In this document: positions 46,793-55,937 of the stretch, piece by piece
How positions within the stretch are numbered: the stretch's first letter is position 1
Layout of the letters: each line of letters begins with the position of its first letter
Virus record (IMG/VR): IMGVR_UViG_3300042446_001683
DNA: 64,000 bases
Strand: one strand, 5' to 3'
Source: a virus
Notes under the pieces: generated by a model
What the model was told of the DNA's origin: nothing
Databases searched by the model: none
Seen by the model: only the letters and a program-made list of their open reading frames with translations
Made by a program: the position numbers and the translations under genes

Positions 46793-48244
46793 ATGGAAAT
46801 TAACAGACTACGTTCAATCATAAGAGAATCAATTAGCAACAATCTTAAAGAGATTGAAGATGTTGCAGAAAACGCAGCAATGGAAGCTAAATTAAATGCT
46901 TACACTGAAGCTATTGATAAAGTAAACAAAAAAATTGAAATGGCTGAAAGCCTTGAAGAAATGCAAGAATTAGTAGATCCTACTAAATTAAATGAACTTA
47001 AAAAACATTTAAAAACTCTTGAAAAATCTAAAGAAAAATTAGAAAAGGTTAAAGCTAAGAAAAACAAAGGTAAAGAAGTAGTAACTGACGAACCAGTTGA
47101 AGAAGCTGAAGTTGAAGAAGGAAGTGCAATGGATAGTATGGATAATGCTATAGTTCCTGAAATGGATTACACAATGGAGGAAGAAGAAGCAATAAATGAA
47201 TCATTCCTTAAAATGCAAAAATTAGCAGGTGTAATTACTGAAGCTCAATACAATCAAAAAAAAAGATTAATTGAGAATCAATTAGAAGAAATATCATTAT
47301 CTGGAGCTTTAAATAAAGTTAAAGATAAGATAGCAAGTTTACCTGCTTTTGATAAACTTATTAATTCTGTTGTGACTAAAATGTCTGAAAAAGACAAAGA
47401 AAACTTTAAAGCTAAATTTAATTTAGCTGAAGCTAAAGGTGCTCCTTCTTTAGAAGATATAATGACTAAAGTAGATGCTATCAACCTAGATAAAGATGCT
47501 AAAACTCCTGAAGATTTAAAAGAAGGAGCTGAAGAAACAGTAGACAAAATAGCATACGAAGTTGTAAGATTAGTTAAAAATTTAACTGGTCTAAACCTAT
47601 TAGCATTAGGTGGTCTTCCATTTGGATTTGTTATTAACTATTTAATAGATATGAGTCCATGGAGTTTCGGAGCATTCGTAGGCCCAGTTATTAGTTTAGT
47701 AGCATCATTAATAATCCATGGTATATCCAGAAAAATTTTAGGAATATCTCCAGATGATGAACTAATTGGAGAATCTGAAGACCAACAAGAAGCACCAACA
47801 CCAGAAAAAATAGCAAAAGATATTGCTAATAATATAGATCAATTAAAATCAAATCCTAAATTAAAAGCTATAGCTGATAAGATAGCTGCTGACCCAAAAG
47901 CAACAGAAGAATTAAATAAAATATTAGCTAAATTTAATATTTCTTTAAATGAAGGAGATATTGATGTTAATCCTCAAGATGTTTATAAAATAGCTTTAGC
48001 TTTTGCTAAAAAAGCAAAAACATTAGGTGAAGAAGAAGGTAATTATGGAGCATTATTTTTAGGTGGTTTATTTGGAGGAGGTGCTTTAGCTCGTTATATA
48101 GCTAGTCTTGGAGATATTATAACCCCAGAAATGAAAATGTTAGGATATTCTCCGTCTCATATGACAGCTGCTGTCCTTGGAGGTTTAGCAGCCGCTGCTT
48201 TATTAATGATAGGCCAGTATATATATGACAATTACAAAAAATAA
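46793..48244 (+). CDS. putative head-packaged multi-segment protein with TM-like helices
   Basis: LRSIIRE leader; FLKMQKLAGVITE; Gly/Ala-rich hydrophobic helices. Confidence 0.6.
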   Translation: MEINRLRSIIRESISNNLKEIEDVAENAAMEAKLNAYTEAIDKVNKKIEMAESLEEMQELVDPTKLNELKKHLKTLEKSKEKLEKVKAKKNKGKEVVTDEPVEEAEVEEGSAMDSMDNAIVPEMDYTMEEEEAINESFLKMQKLAGVITEAQYNQKKRLIENQLEEISLSGALNKVKDKIASLPAFDKLINSVVTKMSEKDKENFKAKFNLAEAKGAPSLEDIMTKVDAINLDKDAKTPEDLKEGAEETVDKIAYEVVRLVKNLTGLNLLALGGLPFGFVINYLIDMSPWSFGAFVGPVISLVASLIIHGISRKILGISPDDELIGESEDQQEAPTPEKIAKDIANNIDQLKSNPKLKAIADKIAADPKATEELNKILAKFNISLNEGDIDVNPQDVYKIALAFAKKAKTLGEEEGNYGALFLGGLFGGGALARYIASLGDIITPEMKMLGYSPSHMTAAVLGGLAAAALLMIGQYIYDNYKK

Positions 48245-48288
48245 ATAACATATAGACAGATTCATAGCCTGTCGATTTAATAAAAATA

Positions 48289-48328
48289 CTAAGGAGCTGT
48301 GGCCCACCCAAAAGGTGGGCCACCTTAG
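48289..48328 (+). terminator. strong GC hairpin ending the late block
   Basis: GTGGCCCACC-CAAAA-GGTGGGCCAC with CTAAG/CTTAG extension. Confidence 0.55.
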
Positions 48329-48365
48329 TTTGGCTTTTAAAATAAATTTATTATATTAATATTAT

Positions 48366-49646
48366 ATGAATAAGAAAATAGTAATTATAGGTGCGGGAGT
48401 AGCGGGTATAAACGCAGCTACTAAATTAGTCGATAACGGCTACCCAGGTGAATTAATCACCATTATAGACAAAGGAAATGATCCACATAATCGTTTACCT
48501 GAAGAGGTAATGACTGGTATGTTAGGCGCTGGTGGGTGGTCAGATGGTAAATTAACATACCATACTGCTATCGGAGGTGTACTATCAAAGTACTGCGGTG
48601 AAGAGAAAGCAATGGAATTAATGGATCAAGTTATTAGTAACTTTAGACGTTTCCATCCTAAACCAGAAGAAATATTTTGCTCTGACCCACAAGCAGAACC
48701 TGATTTTATTAAACCATATTTTGGATTACGTTTATTCCCAGTATGGCATATTGGTTCAAATTATCTACATGAAATTGCTAAAACATGGTATTCATATTTA
48801 ATTAACAAAGGTGTAAAATTTAAATGGAATACTGAAGTATCAGCCATTGATTTTAAAACTGAGTATATTGATATTAAGGATAGTTTAGAAGTAATATCAT
48901 ATGATGAATTAATATTTGCAGTAGGTAAATCAGGTATTGACTTTGGTAAAAAATTAGCAGACGAATATAACTTACCAACAGAACCAAAATCAGTACAAAT
49001 TGGAGTTCGTTTTGAAGCACCACAAAAATACTTCCAAAAATTAATTGATGTTAGTTATGATTTTAAACTATATCAAAAATTCAATAATGTATCATTACGT
49101 TCATTTTGTACTAACAATAACGCAGCTTATGTAGCGGTAGAAGAAACATATGGTGATATTACTTATAATGGTCATGCTAAAAAAGGTGAAGAATTTAGAA
49201 ATGATATGACTAACTTTGGTATATTAATGGAAATTAAAGGTATTGAAAATCCATTTGAATGGTCAAGAGAAGTAGTAAGTAAATTACAATTTAGAAATAT
49301 TGGGTTATATTATAGTCCATCTCGTACACCATCACAAACATCTGAAGGTGAAAGTATTAATACAGTTCAAGTTGGTAATCTAAACCAATTTAAAGAAGTA
49401 ATGGGTGAATATGCTGATTACATTATTAACTTTATTGACCAAATGAATAAAATATTTAAGTTTGGTAATGATTGGGGAATGTATATACCTGAAGTTAAGT
49501 ATTTAAGTCCTGAACCATTAGTAGATTATAAAAACTTAGCATTAACTGATTATCCTAATGTGCATTTTGTAGGAGATGCTTTATCTGCTCGTGGAATTAC
49601 AGTAAGTGGAGCGCAAGGAATATATGTAGCTGAGTCGCTCTTATAA
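48366..49646 (+). CDS. FAD-dependent oxidoreductase (COG2509-like)
   Basis: IIGAGVAG, GAGGWSDGKL, HFVGD..RGI. Confidence 0.85.
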   Translation: MNKKIVIIGAGVAGINAATKLVDNGYPGELITIIDKGNDPHNRLPEEVMTGMLGAGGWSDGKLTYHTAIGGVLSKYCGEEKAMELMDQVISNFRRFHPKPEEIFCSDPQAEPDFIKPYFGLRLFPVWHIGSNYLHEIAKTWYSYLINKGVKFKWNTEVSAIDFKTEYIDIKDSLEVISYDELIFAVGKSGIDFGKKLADEYNLPTEPKSVQIGVRFEAPQKYFQKLIDVSYDFKLYQKFNNVSLRSFCTNNNAAYVAVEETYGDITYNGHAKKGEEFRNDMTNFGILMEIKGIENPFEWSREVVSKLQFRNIGLYYSPSRTPSQTSEGESINTVQVGNLNQFKEVMGEYADYIINFIDQMNKIFKFGNDWGMYIPEVKYLSPEPLVDYKNLALTDYPNVHFVGDALSARGITVSGAQGIYVAESLL

Positions 49647-49726
49647 AGACTATACATAACATTTGACATGAAGGGTTTGGCTTTGCCGGACCCTTTTGTT
49701 ATATTTAGCTATAATTATAAATACTT

Positions 49727-50920
49727 ATGGCGAATTTACAAGAAGACCTATCAAGAATAGGCAAACAATTAATGTTTAGTGAACCATTCTACGGTATATT
49801 CATGTCAACTCTTAATAAAGTTGTAAGAAAGGATTTACCTACTGCTGGAGTTTCTAAAAATAACATTAATTATCAACTAGCTATCAATGAGGAATTTTGG
49901 AACTCATTAGATAATGACAAAAAGAAGATAGGTCTATTAAAACATGAGCTACTTCATATATGTTTTAACCACTTAGAAGATAGAGAGTGGTTTCCTAATC
50001 ATGAATTACATAATATAGCTGCGGATTTAGAAATTAATCAATATCTAACACCAGAGTATTATCCAACAGATGATATTATATTATTATCGTCATTTCCCGA
50101 ATTAAATCTACCTGAGAAAGCTGGTACTAAAGTGTATTATGGATTGTTACAACAAGCATTAGATAAAGGTACAAGTCCATCATTACAAGCATTAATGGAT
50201 AGTTTAACAGGAATGGATGGTGGTTTACACCCAACATGGAAAGAATTTGATGGTATGGGTGAAGCTGATGCCAAATTAGCTAAAGCGCAAATTGAACATC
50301 AAATTAAAGAAATTGTTAATTCACAAAATAATCAAGGTAGAGGATTCATACCTGATGAATTACAAAGTTGGATTGATAATATGTTTGAAGAAACAGAATC
50401 TTCATATGATTGGAAGTCATATTTTAGACGATTCTGTGGTACATCTTCAAAAACATATACTAAAAAAACAAGACGTAAACTAAATAAACGTTTCCAAGAA
50501 AACCCAGCATTGAAAATCAAAACTAAAAAGAAAATATTAGTAGGAGTTGACACATCAGGTTCAGTTGGTGAAAAAGATTTAATTGAGTTCTTTAATGAAA
50601 TTAATCACATGTATAAAACTGGTGTATCAATTACTGTAGCTGAAGGTGATGCTGATATTCATAATGTATATGAGTATAAAGGAGATGTGCCTGACAAAAT
50701 AACAGGTAGAGGTGGTACTGATATGAATCCATTTATTACATATTTTAATAAGCATAGGGAGTTTAACAGCTTAATCATATTAACTGATGGCTATATAGGC
50801 GAAAATGAAGTTAAGACATTTAAACCAATGATGATGGTTATATGTTCAAATGGTGATGATATAGAAACAGTAAAAGGAAATGGATGGGGCCACACAATCA
50901 AGATAAGTTTGGCTTCTTAA
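49727..50920 (+). CDS. metallopeptidase-like plus vWA protein (DUF2201 type)
   Basis: HELLH..NIAADLEIN; VDTSGS MIDAS, GGTD, LTDG. Confidence 0.85.
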   Translation: MANLQEDLSRIGKQLMFSEPFYGIFMSTLNKVVRKDLPTAGVSKNNINYQLAINEEFWNSLDNDKKKIGLLKHELLHICFNHLEDREWFPNHELHNIAADLEINQYLTPEYYPTDDIILLSSFPELNLPEKAGTKVYYGLLQQALDKGTSPSLQALMDSLTGMDGGLHPTWKEFDGMGEADAKLAKAQIEHQIKEIVNSQNNQGRGFIPDELQSWIDNMFEETESSYDWKSYFRRFCGTSSKTYTKKTRRKLNKRFQENPALKIKTKKKILVGVDTSGSVGEKDLIEFFNEINHMYKTGVSITVAEGDADIHNVYEYKGDVPDKITGRGGTDMNPFITYFNKHREFNSLIILTDGYIGENEVKTFKPMMMVICSNGDDIETVKGNGWGHTIKISLAS

Positions 50921-50958
50921 AATACAAATGTTATATTTAATTAAAATAAATAAAGGTT

Positions 50959-52152
50959 ATGGCAAAACAAAAAACAAAACACGCTGAAGTGTCTCTAAAC
51001 ATTAAAGAGGCAAAACAATTCTTAAAACACATCATAAATAACAATCGTTATTTACAATCGAATGGTAAGTTACCTGTAGCCGTTGAGGTAGTTGGTGACT
51101 CTGGTATTGGTAAAACATCAACAATTTTACAATTAGCCAAAGAAACAGATCTAAACTTTGTTAAGTTGAACTTAGCTCAAATTGAGGAGCTAGGTGACTT
51201 AGTAGGTTTTCCAATCCGCCAATTTGAAGTATGTAAAACTGATAATGACTGTTTATGGATTGACGAACATGCAGTAGAAGAGTATACTAAACAAGGTTAC
51301 AAATTTACAGGTCTAAATCGTATGAGTTACTGTCCACCTGAATGGATTAGTGGCAAAACTAATGGAGGTATCTTATTATTAGATGACTGGAACCGCGCTG
51401 ATGTTAGGTTTATTCAAGCTGTTATGGAGTTAATTGATAGACAACAGTATATTAGTTGGACATTACCTAAAGATTGGCATATTATATTAACAAGTAACCC
51501 GGATAATGGAGACTATTTAGTTAATAGTATTGATAGTGCTCAAAAAACACGATTCATCTCAGTTAATCTTAAATTTGATATTAATTGTTGGAGTGAGTGG
51601 GCTGAAGATGCTACAATAGATAGTAGATGTATTAACTTCTTACTTAAACATCCAGAATTGGTATCAACTAATACTAACTCAAGAAGTATTACAACATTCT
51701 TTAATTCAATCTCATCATTAAATTCATTTGATAGTGAGTTAGGTTTAATTCAAATGATTGGTGAGGGTAGTGTTGGGCCTGAGTTCACAACTATGTTCAC
51801 AATGTTTATTAATAATAAATTAGATAAAATCATCTCACCAGAAACTATTATGACTCATGAAAGTGAGGAGTATGTTTTAAATACTTTAAAAGGTATTATT
51901 GGTAAGGGTGATAAATATAGAGCAGATTTAGCATCAATTTTATCAACTCGTATTGTTAACTTTAGCTCATATTATGCTAAGAATAATAAAGTTGAAAAAC
52001 CATATATTGATCGTTTAGCGTTTTTAATGAATGAAGAGTTGTTTGCTATGGATTTAAAATATAAAATTGTAAAAACAACTTACAATAACAACCCATCAGC
52101 TTTTAAATCATTAATGTTAAATAAAACTTTAATTCAATTTTTAACTAAGTAA
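50959..52152 (+). CDS. MoxR-like AAA+ ATPase
   Basis: GDSGIGKT, ILLLDDWNRA, TSNP, AQKTRF. Confidence 0.85.
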   Translation: MAKQKTKHAEVSLNIKEAKQFLKHIINNNRYLQSNGKLPVAVEVVGDSGIGKTSTILQLAKETDLNFVKLNLAQIEELGDLVGFPIRQFEVCKTDNDCLWIDEHAVEEYTKQGYKFTGLNRMSYCPPEWISGKTNGGILLLDDWNRADVRFIQAVMELIDRQQYISWTLPKDWHIILTSNPDNGDYLVNSIDSAQKTRFISVNLKFDINCWSEWAEDATIDSRCINFLLKHPELVSTNTNSRSITTFFNSISSLNSFDSELGLIQMIGEGSVGPEFTTMFTMFINNKLDKIISPETIMTHESEEYVLNTLKGIIGKGDKYRADLASILSTRIVNFSSYYAKNNKVEKPYIDRLAFLMNEELFAMDLKYKIVKTTYNNNPSAFKSLMLNKTLIQFLTK

Positions 52153-52154
52153 TT

Positions 52155-53264
52155 ATGAAAAATCAAAATATAGGACATTTAACAACTGTTAATTCTGGTC
52201 ACCCTCACCGCATCGAAATATTTAATGTAGGTTACAATTTAATAGGAGGTATTATACCTGAAGATTATCAAACTAAAATTAAAAATTTCTTAAATGAAAT
52301 AAAAGATAATAAATTAACTGATGACAGTGCAGTATATATTACTCCATTATCTGAGTTACCTTCATATAAACTTAAAAATTATATTGAAGAAAATAAGTTA
52401 AATATAACTACTGCTCGTAAACTTGAGAAATTAGATACTCTAATTATTAATAAAGAATTTATTGAAAATCATTACCATAATATTACAGTATGGGATAGTC
52501 TTACAAGAACATATTTAACTAATCATATAACTGACTATTTAGTATTTCCAATAAATGTTTTAATAGAAGATCCTAAATTTAAAAAACATATCAATCCAAT
52601 GAAAAATAAATGGAATGATATAACTATAAAAGGAAAAAAACATATTACTCATTATTGTGTATCAATGAATGAATATAATAATATATGTTCTAAAATTCCT
52701 GCCTTCCAAACTATTAAAGATAAAGCTACAATACATAGAGGAATTAGACTTGAAGGATCACACGGTTCTAAAAAAGCATTTGATAGTTTAGAGTTTTATA
52801 TTAATCTATTAGATAATGTTAAAAAACATAATTTAAAAGTTGTATTTGATTCAAATGTAAATGAAGATATTAATAAAGGATTAGTTATTGATTTTGATAT
52901 ATTCCAAAATTTATATGGAATGTTAAAAAGTACTGATACTGGTAATTGGGAGGTAGCAAAAGAAATTATTGCTAACTGTGAGTTTGAAGCATCAAAATCT
53001 TATATTATAGCTTTATATAATATGTTTATGGATTTGCGTAAAACAAGTCCTAATAAAAATTATAATTTAGTTAAAAAAGTATTAGATACTAAAAAATTAG
53101 GCATAAGAATACAATATAGAGGATATGTTCCGGCATTTGAATCATTGTTAGCACATTTTAGTGATAAATGTCCTGAGTTGATCCCACAATTAATGCCTTG
53201 TTTAATTTATCGTATAAACGACTTAGCTAAAAAAGAAGTAATTAAAGAGATAACACTTGCCTAA
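52155..53264 (+). CDS. hypothetical protein in MoxR/vWA operon
   Basis: 2-nt gap to the ATPase gene. Confidence 0.7.
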   Translation: MKNQNIGHLTTVNSGHPHRIEIFNVGYNLIGGIIPEDYQTKIKNFLNEIKDNKLTDDSAVYITPLSELPSYKLKNYIEENKLNITTARKLEKLDTLIINKEFIENHYHNITVWDSLTRTYLTNHITDYLVFPINVLIEDPKFKKHINPMKNKWNDITIKGKKHITHYCVSMNEYNNICSKIPAFQTIKDKATIHRGIRLEGSHGSKKAFDSLEFYINLLDNVKKHNLKVVFDSNVNEDINKGLVIDFDIFQNLYGMLKSTDTGNWEVAKEIIANCEFEASKSYIIALYNMFMDLRKTSPNKNYNLVKKVLDTKKLGIRIQYRGYVPAFESLLAHFSDKCPELIPQLMPCLIYRINDLAKKEVIKEITLA

Positions 53265-53286
53265 TATTTATACGTAAACAATATTA

Positions 53287-53769
53287 ATGGCTAAAGTAGT
53301 ACTTTTAAGTTGTACCAAATCAAAGACTAAACATGCAGCTCCAGCACAGGAGCTGTATTCTGCTTCTCCAATGTTCCAAAAAACATTAGAATATGGTAAA
53401 TCACTCAAACCAGATAAAATGTATATCTTATCTGCTAAACATCATTTAGTTCCTTTAACTAAGAAATTAGAACCTTACGATAAAACTCTTAAGGAAATGC
53501 CTAAAGATGAGAAAGAAAAATGGGGTGAAGAAACAATTAAACAGATGAAGTCAGCAGGTATTAATCCTGAAAAAGATCAATTTGTATTCTTAACAGGAAG
53601 CGAGTACATGAAACCATTAGCCAAATACATCCCAGATGGCAATACAGAAAAACCAATGGAAGGTAAACGTTTTGGAGAGCGTTTAAAGTGGTTAAACTCA
53701 CAAGTACAAAAATTAACTGAAGCATTTAAACGTTTAAAAAATCTTATATATGAAAGTCTCAAAAAATAA
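53287..53769 (+). CDS. DUF6884-like protein
   Basis: LLSCTKSK..APAQELY...ILSAKHHL...PYDKTL. Confidence 0.7.
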   Translation: MAKVVLLSCTKSKTKHAAPAQELYSASPMFQKTLEYGKSLKPDKMYILSAKHHLVPLTKKLEPYDKTLKEMPKDEKEKWGEETIKQMKSAGINPEKDQFVFLTGSEYMKPLAKYIPDGNTEKPMEGKRFGERLKWLNSQVQKLTEAFKRLKNLIYESLKK

Positions 53770-53989
53770 ATTAAACGAATATATTCAATTATATTTAAAC
53801 GACTTAGAAGACTATGGCGACAGTCAAACTGATTTATTAATAGCTGAATCAACATTAAATACATTCAAGTTATTATTAGTTGAATCTAATCAAGATGTTC
53901 CAACTATATTACGTGAAGCTATAACAAAGTCAGAACATGAACAGCGTGAAGTGTTTGAAGATTTCTTAGATTATCTAGAAAATATATAA
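53750..53989 (+). CDS. hypothetical protein
   Basis: overlaps the upstream gene. Confidence 0.6.
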   Translation: MKVSKNKLNEYIQLYLNDLEDYGDSQTDLLIAESTLNTFKLLLVESNQDVPTILREAITKSEHEQREVFEDFLDYLENI

Positions 53990-54044
53990 CACTTGTTTGG
54001 CTATTAGGGATAAAGATGTTATATTTAATAAATAAATTAATAAC

Positions 54045-54299
54045 ATGAAAGAAGTAAAACCATTAGTTGTAGATGAAACATTAAAAACAAAAAAATTCAC
54101 ATCACCTGACGGCACAGTACGTCATATTAAAGATGGTAAGTTACATAACTGGGAAGGCCCAGCATTAATTACACCAGAAGGTAAAGAAGAATATTATATT
54201 AATGGTGTTCAACATACTAAGGACAGTCATAAAAAAGCTAGAAAAGATGGAGTTGGATTACCATGGTATAAATCAGGTGTAGCTAAACAAAGATTCTAA
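54045..54299 (+). CDS. small protein with LHxxxGPA beta-repeat
   Basis: GKLHNWEGPALITPEGKEEYYING. Confidence 0.7.
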   Translation: MKEVKPLVVDETLKTKKFTSPDGTVRHIKDGKLHNWEGPALITPEGKEEYYINGVQHTKDSHKKARKDGVGLPWYKSGVAKQRF

Positions 54300-54854
54300 A
54301 TGAAAATAGGTTTTATTCTTCCTGGACGAGAGTTTTCAGAAAAATTTATAAACAGTTGGACAAGTACATTAAAATCAATCCCTAAAGAATGGGATTGGTT
54401 TCTAGTTACTGGGTATGTTCCAAATGTATTCTATAATAGACAAGCATTACTTGATAGAGCTAAAATGTTAAGACCAACTCACTATATGTGGATTGATAGT
54501 GATCAAGTATTTAATTTTCAAATGCTTGAAAGACTAATAAATCATAACTTACCTATAGTCTCAGGGATATATAAGAAAACACCAGATATATTTGCTTGCT
54601 GTGGGCTAGATGGTCGAACATTAACTGTTAATGATATTGAAGGACAAACGGATTTAATTGAGGTTAAAGCAAATGGAATGGGTTTTATGTTAGTTAAACG
54701 TGAAGTACTTGATTATATAGTTGATCCATTTGAACCTATTGATCCTGATCAATGGGAAGATTTTACTTTTCAAGAAAAAGCTAGGCAAAGAGGATTTAAG
54801 TCATATATTGATCCTACAATTATAGTAGGACATGAAAAAAAGATAGTATTATGA
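54300..54854 (+). CDS. GT-A (family 2-like) glycosyltransferase
   Basis: MWIDSD, GMGFMLVKREV, EDFTF, VGH. Confidence 0.8.
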   Translation: MKIGFILPGREFSEKFINSWTSTLKSIPKEWDWFLVTGYVPNVFYNRQALLDRAKMLRPTHYMWIDSDQVFNFQMLERLINHNLPIVSGIYKKTPDIFACCGLDGRTLTVNDIEGQTDLIEVKANGMGFMLVKREVLDYIVDPFEPIDPDQWEDFTFQEKARQRGFKSYIDPTIIVGHEKKIVL

Positions 54855-55381
54855 AAATAGGATTTTGTGGAACAATGAGTGTAGGTAAATCTACATTAGT
54901 AAATGCATTAAAGGAATTACCTGAATTTAAAGATTATTATTTTGCTACTGAGCGTAGTAAATATTTACGTGATTTAGGTATTCCATTAAACACTGACAGT
55001 ACATTAAAAGGACAAACAATATTCTTAGCTGAACGCTGTTCTGAGTTAATGAGAGAAAATGTTATCACTGATAGAACAATTATTGATGTAATGTCATTTG
55101 CTAAATGTGCTCAATCAATTAATAGTGATGATAAAATAGCATTTACTAAATATGCTGCCCCATTAATTTGGGAGTATGATTATATATTCTATGTATCACC
55201 AGTTGGAGTTGATATAGAAGATAATGGGGTTAGAGAAACAGATGCTGGTTATCGTAAGTTAATTGACATAACTATTAAAGGTACTATAAGTGAGAATTTA
55301 AATCAAATTAAAAACTTAGCATTCATATCAGGTACTACTGAAGAAAGAATTAAACAAGTTAAATCTTGTCTAGGTTTTTGA
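54851..55381 (+). CDS. P-loop kinase (AAA_28/NadR-Ttd14-like)
   Basis: GTMSVGKST, ITDRTIID, EDNGVR. Confidence 0.8.
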   Translation: MKIGFCGTMSVGKSTLVNALKELPEFKDYYFATERSKYLRDLGIPLNTDSTLKGQTIFLAERCSELMRENVITDRTIIDVMSFAKCAQSINSDDKIAFTKYAAPLIWEYDYIFYVSPVGVDIEDNGVRETDAGYRKLIDITIKGTISENLNQIKNLAFISGTTEERIKQVKSCLGF

Positions 55382-55406
55382 TATTTATACGCAAAAACTA
55401 AACACA

Positions 55407-55913
55407 ATGAAATTATCTGAATTAAAAAAACATATTGAAGAAAATATTGTTGAAATCTTAGGTGAAGTAGATGCTGATAGAACAAGAGGTACTGTTGTTG
55501 TAGCTAAAAATACACCTCCAACAGAACTTAAAAAGCTAACAGCACAAGGAGTTGATGTGGAATTAAAATCAATGGAAGAAGCTAAAGATGAAGATGAAGA
55601 AGTAGAAGATACTTATGGTAAAGAAGATGAAGATGATAAAAAAGACGCTAAAATAGCTAACGCTGAACCAACAAAAGCTGAACTTAAGAAATTAGATAAA
55701 GAGTTTAGTTCAACTAAATTAGCTAAATCATTATCACCTGCTGATAAAGAAAGATTAGACAAGCTAGAGTCAGGTATTAAGAAAAAATTAGCTAACCCAA
55801 CTAAAGAAAATATTGAAATTGTTAGACAACTTATCAAGAAGCCAGAAATTAAAAAGTTGTTTAAAGATGGAGGTAAAGATCTTAAAGCATTAATATCTGA
55901 CGTTATCAGATAA
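55407..55913 (+). CDS. charged late protein with KLSELKKHIEE leader
   Basis: late promoter at 55382. Confidence 0.7.
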   Translation: MKLSELKKHIEENIVEILGEVDADRTRGTVVVAKNTPPTELKKLTAQGVDVELKSMEEAKDEDEEVEDTYGKEDEDDKKDAKIANAEPTKAELKKLDKEFSSTKLAKSLSPADKERLDKLESGIKKKLANPTKENIEIVRQLIKKPEIKKLFKDGGKDLKALISDVIR

Positions 55914-55937
55914 TACCTCCCTTAATAAGGGTTACTT

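Noticed and set aside
50292-50483. 63-aa + strand ORF within the vWA gene
   Set aside because: It is an out-of-frame internal ORF with a weak start and no supporting signals.
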